Source of the DNA: the human T2T-CHM13v2.0 reference genome, Homo sapiens
Length of the DNA stretch: 64,000 nucleotides
NCBI RefSeq assembly: GCF_009914755.1
Contig: NC_060927.1
Strand: one strand, 5' to 3'
Positions 39,901 to 52,163 of the stretch are shown piece by piece. The position numbers and the translations under genes were made by a program. The notes under the pieces are model-generated. The model worked only from the letters and a program-made list of their open reading frames with translations. It had not been told where the DNA came from and ran no database searches. Numbering within the stretch: position 1 is the stretch's first letter; each line of letters starts with the position of its first letter.

Positions 39901-41029
39901 AATGCTTATACTAATTGAGTCATTGTGCATGTAAGTTTTTGAACAAACCAAAAAAAAAAAAAAAACAAAACACCGCTCACACACACACGTTTCATCCTGG
40001 GAACATTTCTATATGCAAAAACTGCATGGCGTAATCCTAAGAGAATTATTTTCACTTACGAAATTATTATCTGACAACAAAAAAGATGATTAAAAAGTAG
40101 AATAAATTGCATAGTATGATGCACACAGAATGCTATTGTTGCAATAAATTGTAAGCTTCATGAGAGTAGAAACTTTCTGTCTTGTGTGATGTATCTCCAG
40201 TGTGGAGAATAATGCCTGAAACATAATGGATGTACAATCAATATTTGTTGAAGACATGGATCCTTGTTTCTTAGCCATTGCAGAGCCCCACTAAATGCCT
40301 CACTCCTGTTCTGCTTCTTTCATTCACGCACTTCCCTCCAGATCTGGCCTATCCTGGACCATCAGGATGTGTGTCCCGGGAATGTGTGCACCACCAGATT
40401 CCTCAGCCAGTATCTGTGCCTCATCCCGTTCCTCACTTCATTATTGATGTCTGTTTTTCCACCAACTCCAGTGGTAATCTCCCCTCCCTCACCAAGGGGT
40501 TTTCTCATTATTTCCAAGAGTCTTTGACAATATCTCAGGGTACTCATGAACGTGTCTCCCATATCTTAAATTCTATCTCTCTCAGTGGTAGGTTACCTGG
40601 GAAGCATTTGAGAGGGCTGTCTCACTCGGGCCACAGTGTCCAGTACCCACCCTGAGGTCATACTTACCTGTTGTGAGGGTGCTGCCTCCGGTGCCCTCAG
40701 ATCCACATGCCTTCCCTTAGAATATCAAGCAGTGCTGAATTCCCTGTGGTCCTCACAGCCTTGAGGACACAGTGTGATCCATATAGAAAAATCAAGAAAG
40801 CTCCCCTTCCCATGGTGTCACAGCTTCTCACGTATCCACCAACTAGAACTTCTTATCTTTGTTGTCTACCAGAGTTCTTTGGTTTCTTCCTATGACACAT
40901 AGAGCTCTGGCAGGATTCTTTGGGATGGGGCTGGGGAACAGACACCACATAATCAATTTTGTTTTCTCTACTTCTTGTTTCTGCTGACCTTTGTACTGGA
41001 AGTCATTATTTTTCCACTCTTTCCTTCTG

Positions 41030-41376
41030 CATTCCCCAAAGTTCATGTGTTGAAACTTAATCACCAATGTGATATTATGAAGAAATGGAGGCTTTAGGAG
41101 GTGATTAAGTCATAAGGGCAGAGCCGTCGTAAATAGGATTACTAACCTCATAAAAGAGGTGGAAGGGAGTGCCCCTTTTTGCCCTTTTATCTCTTCTGTC
41201 AGATGAGGACACCTAGGTGGTGCCATCTGTGAGGAATGGGCCCTGACCACTCACCAAACCTGCTGGAGCCTTGATCTTGGACTGCCCAGCCTTCAGAACT
41301 GGGAGAAATAATGTCCGTTGTTCATAAATTACCCAGTCTAAGATATTTGCTACAGCAGCCAGAATAGAATAAGACA
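41030..41376 (+). mobile_element. MSTD/MLT1A-like MaLR solo LTR
   Basis: CCCCAAAGTTCATGTGTTGAAACTTAATC...GCCTTGATCTTGGACTGCCCAGCCTTCAGAACT...AAATTACCCAGTCT...TAAGACA. Confidence 0.8.
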
Positions 41377-41611
41377 CCTTCCCCCATTTCCTAAGATACA
41401 ACTACATGAATTTTATACAGACTCAGCCAGGAAAATACACTCATAATTCTTCCTTTTCTCCCTTCCCAAAGACGAAGGTGTTTACTGCAAAAACAAAGAG
41501 GTCTTGAACAGGAAGAAGAAGATATCAGAACCACCTATAGAAAAGACTCAATCCTATACTAGCTAGGCATCCTTTCATTCCATAGTTGTTTGTGAGGCCC
41601 TTAAATGCCAC

Positions 41612-42068
41612 TGTGGTAGGAGCTTTGAGTGCCCTGCACACATTCTCTTAGCTTTGGCCTCTACATGTTTCCAAAACCGCTTATGAAAGCACTTTCAGTG
41701 CTCTCCAGAGGCTTTTTCTCTGGAAGGTTGGGTGGCCCAACCACAGGGCAGGCTGAAGAGTGCGAATGACTCTAGAAGCAGTGCCCAAAAGGCACATGGG
41801 AACTGGCGAATAAATACCTGCTCTCCATATTCCTCAGCTGGGATAACTCTGAGGTGTTTCCTATATTATCTCCCACAGTTCCCTGGAAGGATTGACTCTC
41901 AGTTGTCCGCAGCAAGTATCTGCTTGATAATGCATGCCTTATGGGATTTTTCTCCTCCTTGTCTCATGTACCCATTCCTTTTCCAGTTTCCTGGGATCAT
42001 GTTCCAAATATACTTCCTGCCCTCAAATCCTTATGTCAGGATCTGCTTCTGGGAACCAAGTTAAGACA
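41612..42068 (+). mobile_element. LTR16 (LTR16C-like) ERVL solo LTR
   Basis: TGTGG...GGGATAACTCTGAGG...CCCTCAAATCCTTATGTCAGGATCTGCTTCTGGGAACCAAGTTAAGACA. Confidence 0.75.
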
Positions 42069-42238
42069 GATACTAAAGGGTATTAAGTCTATCAGGATTA
42101 ATTTTTAAAAATTCTCACTCTGAAATGTACTTACATGGACACGGTTGTGATATCTCTATTATGGATCAAATTCAAGCACGTTTAGAGAAATATAAATTCT
42201 ACATGTTAGTTTCAGCAAAGGGCATGAGATATTTTGGA

Positions 42239-42239
42239 G

Positions 42240-42274
<35 letters not shown>

Positions 42275-42292
42275 CACATACAGATACACACA
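42239..42292. repeat. (CA)n microsatellite
   Basis: Direct reading. Confidence 0.93.
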
Positions 42293-45243
42293 AGATAACA
42301 TGAATGTGAATATTTCTAAGAATAATACCTTGAGTTTTTAGTGACATTTTCTGCCTTGTTTACAAGATGTATTCTTACAATATAAATGTACAGGAGGTTT
42401 TCTTTAAAAATTTTGACTTTCTTATGTAGTGCTTCTGTTGTTGACAGTAACTCCAACTGCCTCTTGTTTGTAACTGAAGTTCATACAACAGACTATGAGC
42501 CAAAGTTAGTGATTAACTGTTTGGAAAGAATCTCCCAAAATACACTTGTTTGTAATATGTCTTGCTTTTGTGTCTCAGGTGTAAAATAATTGGCATTTTA
42601 TGCCCAATTTGCCTTTTGCAAACGGTATGTTGTGCAGTGAGACTTGAGTGTCTTCGTAGGACACATTTTCAGAATAGTAGTTCAAGGCACTTTCATAATC
42701 CCGTCACCTGGAGGACAGACTTCTCATTTCCCACCGCTATTTTCATCCAGGTCATCATAAAAATGTTCAATTTTCCTTCTGGAGTAGACTGATTCAATTT
42801 TAAATATAACAATTTATGAAGTGTACATTATCTTCTCCCAGAGTAATATTCTCTGACAGTAACCTCAACTGTTTTTCTTTTCCAGAGATATAATGATGTT
42901 TTAATAATTCCAAGTGGTTTCAATAAGCGAATCTAACACTGCTGCTTTCTTTTGATGGTATAAATTGGAGACCAAATGGCTTATTTAGACACACTGCTGT
43001 GCCTTTATTAAAGTACATATATTTGTATTAAAAATATATAGTTAAAATTAGATAATGTGCACAACAGATGCCTCAGTTATATGCTCTATTCCTGAACATT
43101 GTCCTATTTCTGGCAAAGAGTTCCAAGTTTTCATACTCTTACTACGAACTAAAGGATTAACTGAGACCACCCTGTCTCAAATACCAGAATCTCTGGTTTG
43201 CGAAATGTGTCCTCTTTTGGGAGGGAGGTTCAAGTGTCATTCTTGTGCTAGGCATGCAATTTTTACTTCCCCTGACTCTTTTCATTTTAATGGCATCTCT
43301 CGCCCAACCTCTTGCACTACTTCTATTGTGTATTTAATTGATCTAGAATGGACTCGGTCTCTACTCTTGGTTCCAAGACTTCCCATTCTCCACCCAGATA
43401 ATAATTTCCTGGAACACTCTCTTTGTTGTATGGGGCTGATTTTATTGAAAATTTGGTGCAGTAGAGGACATTTACATCACAGAAACATAGTCACTTTGTA
43501 TTAGATGTTTAGACATCCTTATACATAAAGGCAGTTTAGATACTCCCCACTCTGGGATATTTCTCTGATCATACCTTCCTACACAGTGCCCTGGCCTGAA
43601 CACTGTTAATCTGCTTTCCTACCCCTTTTTTTCCCCTCACATCAAACTCAGCAAAACAAGCCCAATTTATTGCATTTTATTCCACTGAGAAATGCAACTG
43701 ATTTTTTGTTCTCTCCTCTTCTGTGGGTCTATCTTTTCACACCTAAGTGGCCCCTCATGAGATTTTGTTAAGTAGACACAGTTCCCTCCCTAAGAGGGAT
43801 TCTCATGCCAGCTCTTAAGACAATTGGTTTTCCTTTTACTCTGCCATGAGAGCTTTGTAACCAGTCTTCTCAAATCCTGCCTTGCTTCACACCAGACTCC
43901 ACATGTTTTTAAACCGTAAACTTGATCTTGTCTCTGATCCTCTGTTTTAAATCTTCCCACTGTTCTTGCGCCATTGCTCAAAGCTTCCTTCCTGGTGCTG
44001 TGCAGCAGAGGGGAACAGCAGCCACTGCAGAAGCTCCTAGAAACATCTCCTCAAAAAACTAAAAATTTTAATCTGTAATAAAGCAAGAAAAAGTGTTGCC
44101 TTAATATACTGGTGGAAATACACTGCAGCTGGGGGAAGACAACAGAAGGGAAAAACAAAAAATAGACCTCAACTTCTGGGGAGGGGAGGGCCTGCGTGAC
44201 AGCTCAGCGTTCAGCTGGGAGAGGGGCAGGAGAATTTGTGAAGGTCCCCACCCGTACTCTTGCCAGACTCAGGGACACTATGCCTATCTAGAATTGAGGA
44301 TTAATCAGAGCATCAGAAAATGCCTTCCCTCCTCCACTACCCCGACACCAGGCTGACAAACATCAAGTAATAATCACAGTGAAATAGACCTGTGAGAGCT
44401 GCAAGAGACAGATTGTCTTTGGAGAGCAGTATAAAGGGAAGACCAAAATCCAACTGGGAAGTAAATGCCAAGGAAATGACCTTTTAGAAGCCAGCACCAG
44501 CCTAAAGAGATGGTATGACTAGCAGAATTTAAAGTCTGAAGTACAATAAGGGTAACTATAGCAATAACAAACCTGGCAACCAGCCAACTCCTGAGTAGAT
44601 TACATAAACCTTCAGCACTAAAGGCCCAGCAGAAGGAAAGGTATGCTCATCTCCAAGCATAAAATATAGTTACCGTAGTATTCACTGTTTTACACTAGAT
44701 GAGCAGCTTTCAACAAAAATATGTGTGACATATGCAAAGGCAAGTAAAGCACACTTGGAAGAGACAAAGCAATCATCAGAAACAGACTCAGATGTGACAC
44801 AGACAGTGTGGTATTGGCAAAAAGACAAATACGTAGACCAGATAAATAAATACAAAGCTCAAAGATAGACCCACTTAAGTACAGTCAACATATTTTTTGG
44901 CAAATGTGCAAAGGCAATTTAAGGCAGAGAAGATGGTTGAAAAACAAATGATGAGGAAACACTTGATATCCACACGTAAAAAACAAATATAAAGAGGCTC
45001 AACATACATCTCAAACTTTACACAAAATAACCAAAAGAGATCATTGACTTAAATGTAAAATATAAAACCATAAAACCTCTAGAAGAAAATTAATGTAACC
45101 TTTGGTTTGGCAAAAAGATATTTAGTTATGAAACCAAAAGCAAAATCTATAAAAGAAAAATATATTGATAAACTGAGCTTTATTAAAATTATAAACCTTT
45201 ATTCTTTGAAAAATACCATTAAGAGATTGAAAAGAAAGCCCGT

Positions 45244-45694
45244 TGTGATGGTTACTATTGAGTATCAACTTGACTGGATAGAAAGAGGCAAAGTATTGAT
45301 CCTGGGTGTGTCTGTGAGGGTGTTGCCAAGGGAGATTAACATTTGAGTCAATGGACTAGGAGAAGCAGAATCACACCCTCAGTCTGGATGGGCACAATCT
45401 AATCAGCTGCCAGTGTGGCCAGAAGAAAAGCAGGCAGAACGTGGAAAGACCAGACTGGTTTAGTCTTCTGGTCTACATCTTTCTCCCATGCTGGATGTTT
45501 TCTGCCCTTGAACATTGGACTCCAAAGTTCTTCAGCTTTGGGATTCAACTGGCTTCCTTGCTCCTCAGCTTGCAGAGAGCCTATTGTGCGACCTCACCTT
45601 GTGATCGTGTGAGTTAATACACCTTAAAAAACTCCCCTTTATATATACATCTATCCTATTTTTTCTGTCCCTCTAGAGAACCCCAACTAATACG
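45244..45694 (+). mobile_element. MLT2A (HERV-L) solo LTR
   Basis: TGTGATGGTTA.TATTGAGTATCAACTTGA...CTGTCCCTCTAGAGAACCC.AACTAATAC; 5-bp TSD CCCGT at 45239-45243 and 45695-45699. Confidence 0.92.
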
Positions 45695-48148
45695 CCCGTA
45701 GACTGGACATGTCTAATAGGATACTTGCATCCAGAATATGTTAAAAAAATTCTGAAAACCCAACAATATAAAAACAAACAGCCAACTTAAAAAATGGGCA
45801 AACATTTGAACAAACACTTTATTAGAAAAGATCTATAAAAGACAAATAAGGATAAAGTAATATGCTCAACAATCATTAGTTTTCAGGAGAATGCAATGTA
45901 AGATAACAATGAGATGCCATTACACTAAGATAGTTAAAACAAAGCAAAACAAAACAAAACTGACAATCCCAAATGCTGATGATGATGCAGAGTAACAGGA
46001 ACTCTAGTTCTAGTGGAATGCAAGATGATATTGTCACTGTGGAAAACAGTTTGGCAGTTTCTTATGATGCTAAGCATGCACCTGTCACATGACTTACCAA
46101 TCCTACTCTTAGGTATTTAACGAAGTCAGTTGAAAACTTTACAGAAAAAACATGTACGTGAATGTTTATAAAAGCCTTATATATAATTGCTAAAAAATTG
46201 GAAACAGCTCAGATGTCCTGCAACAGGAGAATGGATTAGCAAACTGTAGTTTATGCTTGAAATGCAATATGTATCAGCAATAATAAGGAACAAATTGTTG
46301 ATTCATGCAATGACATTAATGAGTGTTAAATTCATTTTATTTAATAAAAGAAGTTAGATATAGAAGTCTACATGTTATGTGAGTCCTTTTATATAACATT
46401 TTATATAACATTCTGGAAAAGGCAAAGTTATAGCCATAGAAAGCAGATCAGTATTGAGGGAGTAGAGACAGAGGTGAACTACAAAGGAGTAGCATGAGAG
46501 ATTTTAGGGGTGATGCTCTGAATGGTATTGTGATGGTGTATATATGGCTCTATGCATTTGTCAAACCCATAGAACCGTACATCACAAAAAATTAATTTTA
46601 CTTATGCAAATTCAAAAAATTAACCAGGATGCCAGGGGAAGCCAAGAAGGAACACAGAATGTAAAAACAAACGTACAATACAAGAATTAAAAGTGGTAAG
46701 GAAGAAAGGAGCAGATGATGGAAATTTAAAGAACATTACTTTAACTGGATGCTATAAGTCCTTTGTGCAAAAGGGCTGTACACAAACTGTTTACTCTAAT
46801 TGAGAAATTGCTTCCCACAGTGATATAGATTAGCAATTCTAAAACTAGTTCACACGTATACTAAGATTGAACAAAAAAAAATTCATATAGTGGAAAACAA
46901 ATGCTATACTTTTCATTGCCAGCGAATGAAGTTTACAAATAAGTAGGGGGAAGTCTACAAAGATCTCTGTGGTTCTAGATCAGATTCAGAGATATCAGTA
47001 TGAATTTGTTTGTTTTAATATATATATATAGTTAAATACACAAATAATTATGTATATATATATATGTGTGTTTATTTATCAATTACTGCACATACATATA
47101 TTCCCTGAGAGGGACAGGCAGCAGTGACACCTTAGTAGCAAGAAACATACTTAGTGCCCAGAACAGTGTTTCTAAATGCCATTCACCAATAAAAGGAATC
47201 AGGGATTCCTGGAGAAAGAGTAGAGGCAGGAAAAATACAACATGAGATTGGAGCACCTTGTGGTTAAGAAAGTGATAAAAAAAAAATTTAAAAGAATATA
47301 ACAGTCAGTAACCTTAAAGAGCCCCCAATGGCCAAAGCTACAACAATTTGAGCAATGAAAATAAATAGCAGTAGTACTGGATTATAGCCCAAAGGAGGAA
47401 ATAGATATTTATGAGAGCATATTTATATAAATAAATGAATAAAAACTTTCTTACACAGAAATTCCCAATAATAAATACAGGAAGAATAAGAGAAATAGAA
47501 AATTATTGCTAGAACACTATAGTAATAATTGCTCAGCCAAGACACATTAATGAATGCTAAAATGAGTGGGGCAAAAGTTAAAGGAGAAACTTTTGCATCA
47601 CCCCAAAGTATCTCTCCAAAATATTCATTAATTACTATGGTGGTTTTCATCACATTCATGAATTCTTTGATTCATCTTCCTCCAGGAAGGAAAGCTTATT
47701 TCTTCTTTCCTTGGGTAAGGGCTGGAACTAGTGACTCACTTCTAATCAATAGAGTAGGAAAAGAAAAAAGATAACACGTTACAGTGGAGAAAACTGGCAG
47801 AAAACTATCTTAACCAAGCCATCATGGTGAATATCACCAATAATAAAGCATAGCAATATCATATACCTCCTGATATGATGCACTGAGAGGGCCGTCTCAC
47901 CTGTGTGATATTCTTCTCCAAGTCTCATAATCTTAGTCTAATCATGGGAACACATCAGACAAACTCAACTTGAAGTACATTCTACACATTTTCTGAGCAG
48001 TATTCAAAAAGTTCAAGGTCATGAAAAACAATGATAAATTGAGTAACTGTGCCAGATTGGAGCAAACTAAGAAGATGCAGCAATTAAATGCTATGTGAAT
48101 CCTGAGTTGGACCCTAGAATGAAAAACGGACATTAGTGGAAAACTAGT

Positions 48149-48504
48149 TGTATTAGTCTGTTCTCACACTGCTAATAAAGACATACCTAACACTAGGTAA
48201 TTTATAAAGGAAAGAGGTTTAGTGGACTCACAGTTCCACATAGCTGGGGAGGCCTTACAATCATGGCAGAAGATGAAGGAAGAGCAAAGGGACGTTTTAC
48301 ATGGCAAGAGAGAGAACTTGTGCAGGGAAACTCCCCTTTATAAAACCATCAGATCTTGCGAGACTTACTCACCATCACAAGAACAGCATGGGAAAGACTC
48401 AATCCCATGATTCAATTACCTCCCCCTGGGTCCCTCCCATGACATATGGGAATTATGGGAGCTACAATTCAAGATTTGGGTGGGGAACCTTCCAAATCTT
48501 ATTA
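48149..48504 (-). mobile_element. THE1 (THE1C/D-like) solo LTR
   Basis: TGTATTAGTCTGTTCTCACACTGCTAATAAAGACATACC...AAAACCATCAGATCT...CCCATGATTCAATTACC; 5-bp TSD CTAGT at 48144-48148 and 48505-48509. Confidence 0.92.
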
Positions 48505-48884
48505 CTAGTGAATCTGAATAAAGTCTAATTTAGTTAATGGTATTGTACCAATATTAATTTCTTACTTTTGATCATTGTATCATGGTTATGTAAGATGTTA
48601 ACCTTAAGAGAAGCTTGGTGAAAGGTGTATAGGAATTCTATATACACCCTTACCTTCCTCTGTAAATAAAAAATAATTTCAAAATAAACAGTTATTTTTT
48701 AAAAAAGGATTACAACGTTTTTGAAGCTTTAAACTTCGGAGTTTTTCACTTCTGAGGACCAAGAAGCAAATAGCAGAGTTTCTTGGTCCTCAGCAAGATC
48801 ATCAAGATGGCTACAAGGAGCTATTTTCTTTTTCATGGAGAATACTGATCCTGCCCTTTGAATAATCTTAGCATCAAGAGTAAT

Positions 48885-49125
48885 AATAACAACAGTAGTT
48901 TACATTTGTTGAGTGCTTACTACACACCAGCCACCTTGCCAAATATTTTGCTTAGATATCCTCTCATTTCATACTTGCACTAGTCTTATGAAGACATTCT
49001 ACCCAATGTTATAGATGTGGAAACTGAGGCAAAGTGAAGTTATGCTGAAGGCTACATAATAAATAGCTGTTGAGCAAAATGGGATTCAAACTACTCAAGA
49101 TGCCTAGCTCCTAACTCATGCTAAT
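48885..49125 (-). mobile_element. MIR
   Basis: CATTTGTTGAGTGCTTACTAC...TTATAGATGTGGAAACTGAGGCAAAG. Confidence 0.75.
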
Positions 49126-50324
49126 AATAATAATAATTTGAGTAAGTAATATGTGCTATAGAATCTACTAATTTTTCAAGAGTGTTATTTTGTTTAATCT
49201 GTCTGAGAGGTTGTCATTTTCACTGTCTTCAGTTTATTGATGGGGAAACTAAACCCTGGACAGGAAGCACCTTGCTAAGATCCATATCTAGAGATCTTAA
49301 GACTTCACTCTTAATTCCTAGTCTGCCTCACTATCTTTACAAAGATGCGTCTTTTCCTGCTGCTACTGCTAAACTCAGGGGCTACACCATGATATGATTT
49401 TTAAAATGATAAAACTGTGTTCTAATGTTCACCCTGATTCCAATTGCTTTGAAATCAAAGTGATTTAAAATTGTTCTTTTTAAGTGCCATGACACCCAGG
49501 ATGCAGCTGTAGGAACACCACTGGGTCCCTGGATGTCATGGTAAGGGTTTCACATAATATTTCACATCATGACTCCATCTAAAAACTCCCCACCTACCAG
49601 CCTGTGTTGCAGGCAGTTTTTATCAGTACAAACTGTTAGTACTCTTTATGTCACAGTGCCTTCCTTTCAAAAGGCAATCTAACAGAGGAATTTTCTTTCT
49701 ATTTTTATGCTCTGAAGTAAGCCCTTAAGTAAAAGTGCCATCAAATGATTTCTCAGAAATTATAAAGAAACAAAAGGACCATAAACAAGATAAGGTGGCA
49801 TGAGGAAACATTACAAGTACCTTTCAGAGCTGACTGGCAAAGAAACTCCTGAGGTGACGGGTAAGGATGAGTTTGCCTCTGCTGCATGTTGCCTTTCAGG
49901 CTTACTGCTTTCTAGAGTTCAGTCCTTGCATTGAACTTCAGGGAGCCATTTTGCACAGGAAGGGGCTGTTACACCCATATCATTGCTGTCATTGATTTAG
50001 CTAAATATATCTTGGGGTCCCTCACCTTCATCTCCATAAGGGCCTATCTGCAGGAAAAGAGCCCACCGCCAAGTGTAAGAAAACAGTGGTGCCCTATAAC
50101 TTTGCAACCAGGTACCATAAGCCAAGGACGTTGAGGGATGATGAAACCAGACTGGGAGGTGAAGCACCATAGGTTCCAGAAATAGAATGTACTTGAAAGT
50201 AGAAAAATTCACTATTGTTAATAACCATGGCTCAAGAGAAGCCTTTTATATTCTGTTTTTTTAAATTGGATACCCCTTATTCATGAACTGATAGAAGGGA
50301 AGTGTTTATAATATAAAATAGCAA

Positions 50325-50575
50325 TCCATTTAGTCATCAACAAATATTTACTGAACACTCACCATGAACTAGGCATTATGCCGGATGCAGGGATAGAAAG
50401 AATTGTAAGACATAGTCTCTGTTTTTGAGGACTCATCCTTTGTTGGGGAAGATGAACTTGAAAACAAATAATTGAAATTCAGTGTGATATGTCTCAATAC
50501 AAGGTAGGTACCAGTTTGTTGAAAGGACCAAAAGAGGGTGTGATTTTCCCTGCTCAGGAAAGATTTTCCGTGAAG
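50325..50575 (-). mobile_element. L2 3' end
   Basis: CATCAACAAATATTTACTGAACACTCACCATG...GACATAGTCTCTG. Confidence 0.65.
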
Positions 50576-51344
50576 ATTTTTTTTTCTCATGGGGATAAAA
50601 TAATTATTAGTGTTAAACTATTTGGTAAGATAGTTTTACATGAACCTGCAAGGATGGTGCCATCTATTGTCAGACATAAAATTAATTTGAAGTTAAATTA
50701 GTCCTGTCTTTACTGCTTTTTTTATCTATTCAATATAATTAAGCCAGCTCTCTTGTGCTCTTACCCTCTTAGACAGGAAAAGGCCTTCTGATCTACTCCT
50801 GCCCCAACTTATTCCAGAATGGTGGCATGCATTTTCACCTGTACAATAGTGCTACGTTCCTAAAATGTGCTTGTTTGTGTCTCATTTCTGCGTCTTTGCA
50901 TATACCATTTTTCCCATCTGGATTGTCTTCAAAAATGCCTAACAAAACCCAATCTATCATTTTACAGTTCTACCCCAATATTACTTCTTCGAAGAGCAAC
51001 CTAACTGTAAGTACAGCCTTTCTTTTGAATGCCTAGAGGGCATTGTTTATGTCTCCTTAATTTCACTGCTCACACACTTCCTTAGCATGCAGATATTTAC
51101 ACCTCTACCCTATACATGATTTCAGACTTTTTCAGTAGTCAACTGGAACATTGAATTCAAGATATTTGGCAAATAAATGCACTTATAGAAAGTGATGGTG
51201 AGAAGTTGCTAGAAAACTGAGACCCGACCAACTGTGAACAAGCCAAGAAAGATAGATACAAAGAGAAGATACATTCCAGAATTACCCAGTGAAGAATGGG
51301 GTGTGAAGGCATTGTGCCTTCTCAAATATCTGGTAGGACCCAGT

Positions 51345-51504
51345 CAGGGCCAGATTCATGGTCATGCAACCTGTGCAGTCACAGAGCATTCCAGGGTTGA
51401 TTTAACCTTCTGCTATTGACATCTTGAAATTCTTAATAATTTTTAACAAGGGGATCTGCATTTTCATTTAGCACTAAGTCTTGCAGATTATATAGTTGGT
51501 CTTG
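51345..51504 (+). mobile_element. MER45A (hAT-Tip100 MITE)
   Basis: CAGGGCCAGATTCATGG...CCTGTGCAGTCACA...TCTTGAAATTCTTAATAATTTTT...TGGTCTTG; imperfect 8-bp TSD GACCCAGT/CACTCAGT. Confidence 0.8.
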
Positions 51505-51741
51505 CACTCAGTTTAGGAAATGATTTCAAGATTCAGAAGAGTTAGCAAGAACCGGTAAACATTGACCCTTGTTTATAGCCTGGCAATGTACAATTGAAGA
51601 AATCAAGATGATCTGCATCATGTTGCTGTGGGGGTCATGAGGCTATTATTTCCTTTCTACCCTGCTACTAACCCTCACTATCCCCTTCCCTCTAAAACAA
51701 TTCCATGCCTCTAGTTAGCTGGAGAAAATGGATGTAAGATG

Positions 51742-52163
51742 GTATATTAGTTTGGTAGAGCTGTCATAGCAAAGTACCACACGCTTGTTGCCTTAAACAA
51801 CAGAAATTTATTGTCTCGCAGCTCTGGAGGCTAGAAGTCCAAGATCACGGTTGGTTCCTTCGTGGTTGTGAGGGAGAATTTGTTCCTGCCTCTCTTCTAG
51901 CTTCTGGTAGCATTGGCATTTGTTGTCTTGTAGATGGTGTCTTCCCTGTGTCTTTACATCTGAATGTGTCTGTCAGTGGCTACAGTTCTCCTATATATAA
52001 GGACAGCTCTGCTACAGGATTAGGGCCCACCCTAATTACTTCATTTTAACTTGATTATCTCTATGAATACCCAACTCCCAAATGGGGTCATATTCTGAAA
52101 TACTAGGGGCTAGGACTTATGACATCATTTTTTTTGGAGGGGGATATAATTCAACCTATAGCA
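51742..52163 (-). mobile_element. MLT1B/C MaLR solo LTR
   Basis: CTTAAACAACAGAAATTTATTGTCTC.CAG.TCTGGAGGCTAGAAGTCCAAGATCA...GGATTAGGGCCCACCCTAAT...AATTCAACCTATAGCA. Confidence 0.85.

Larger units (their letters stand above)
44040..48705 (+). mobile_element. L1MC/L1MD-type element (5' region, late ORF2, long 3' UTR) with two nested LTRs
   Basis: ORF2 motifs GACAGTGTGGTATTGGC and GACTTAAATGTAAAATATAAAACCATAAAACCTCTAGAAGAAA; 3' UTR ...TGGTTATGTAAGATGTTAAC...TTCAAAATAAA. Confidence 0.8.
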
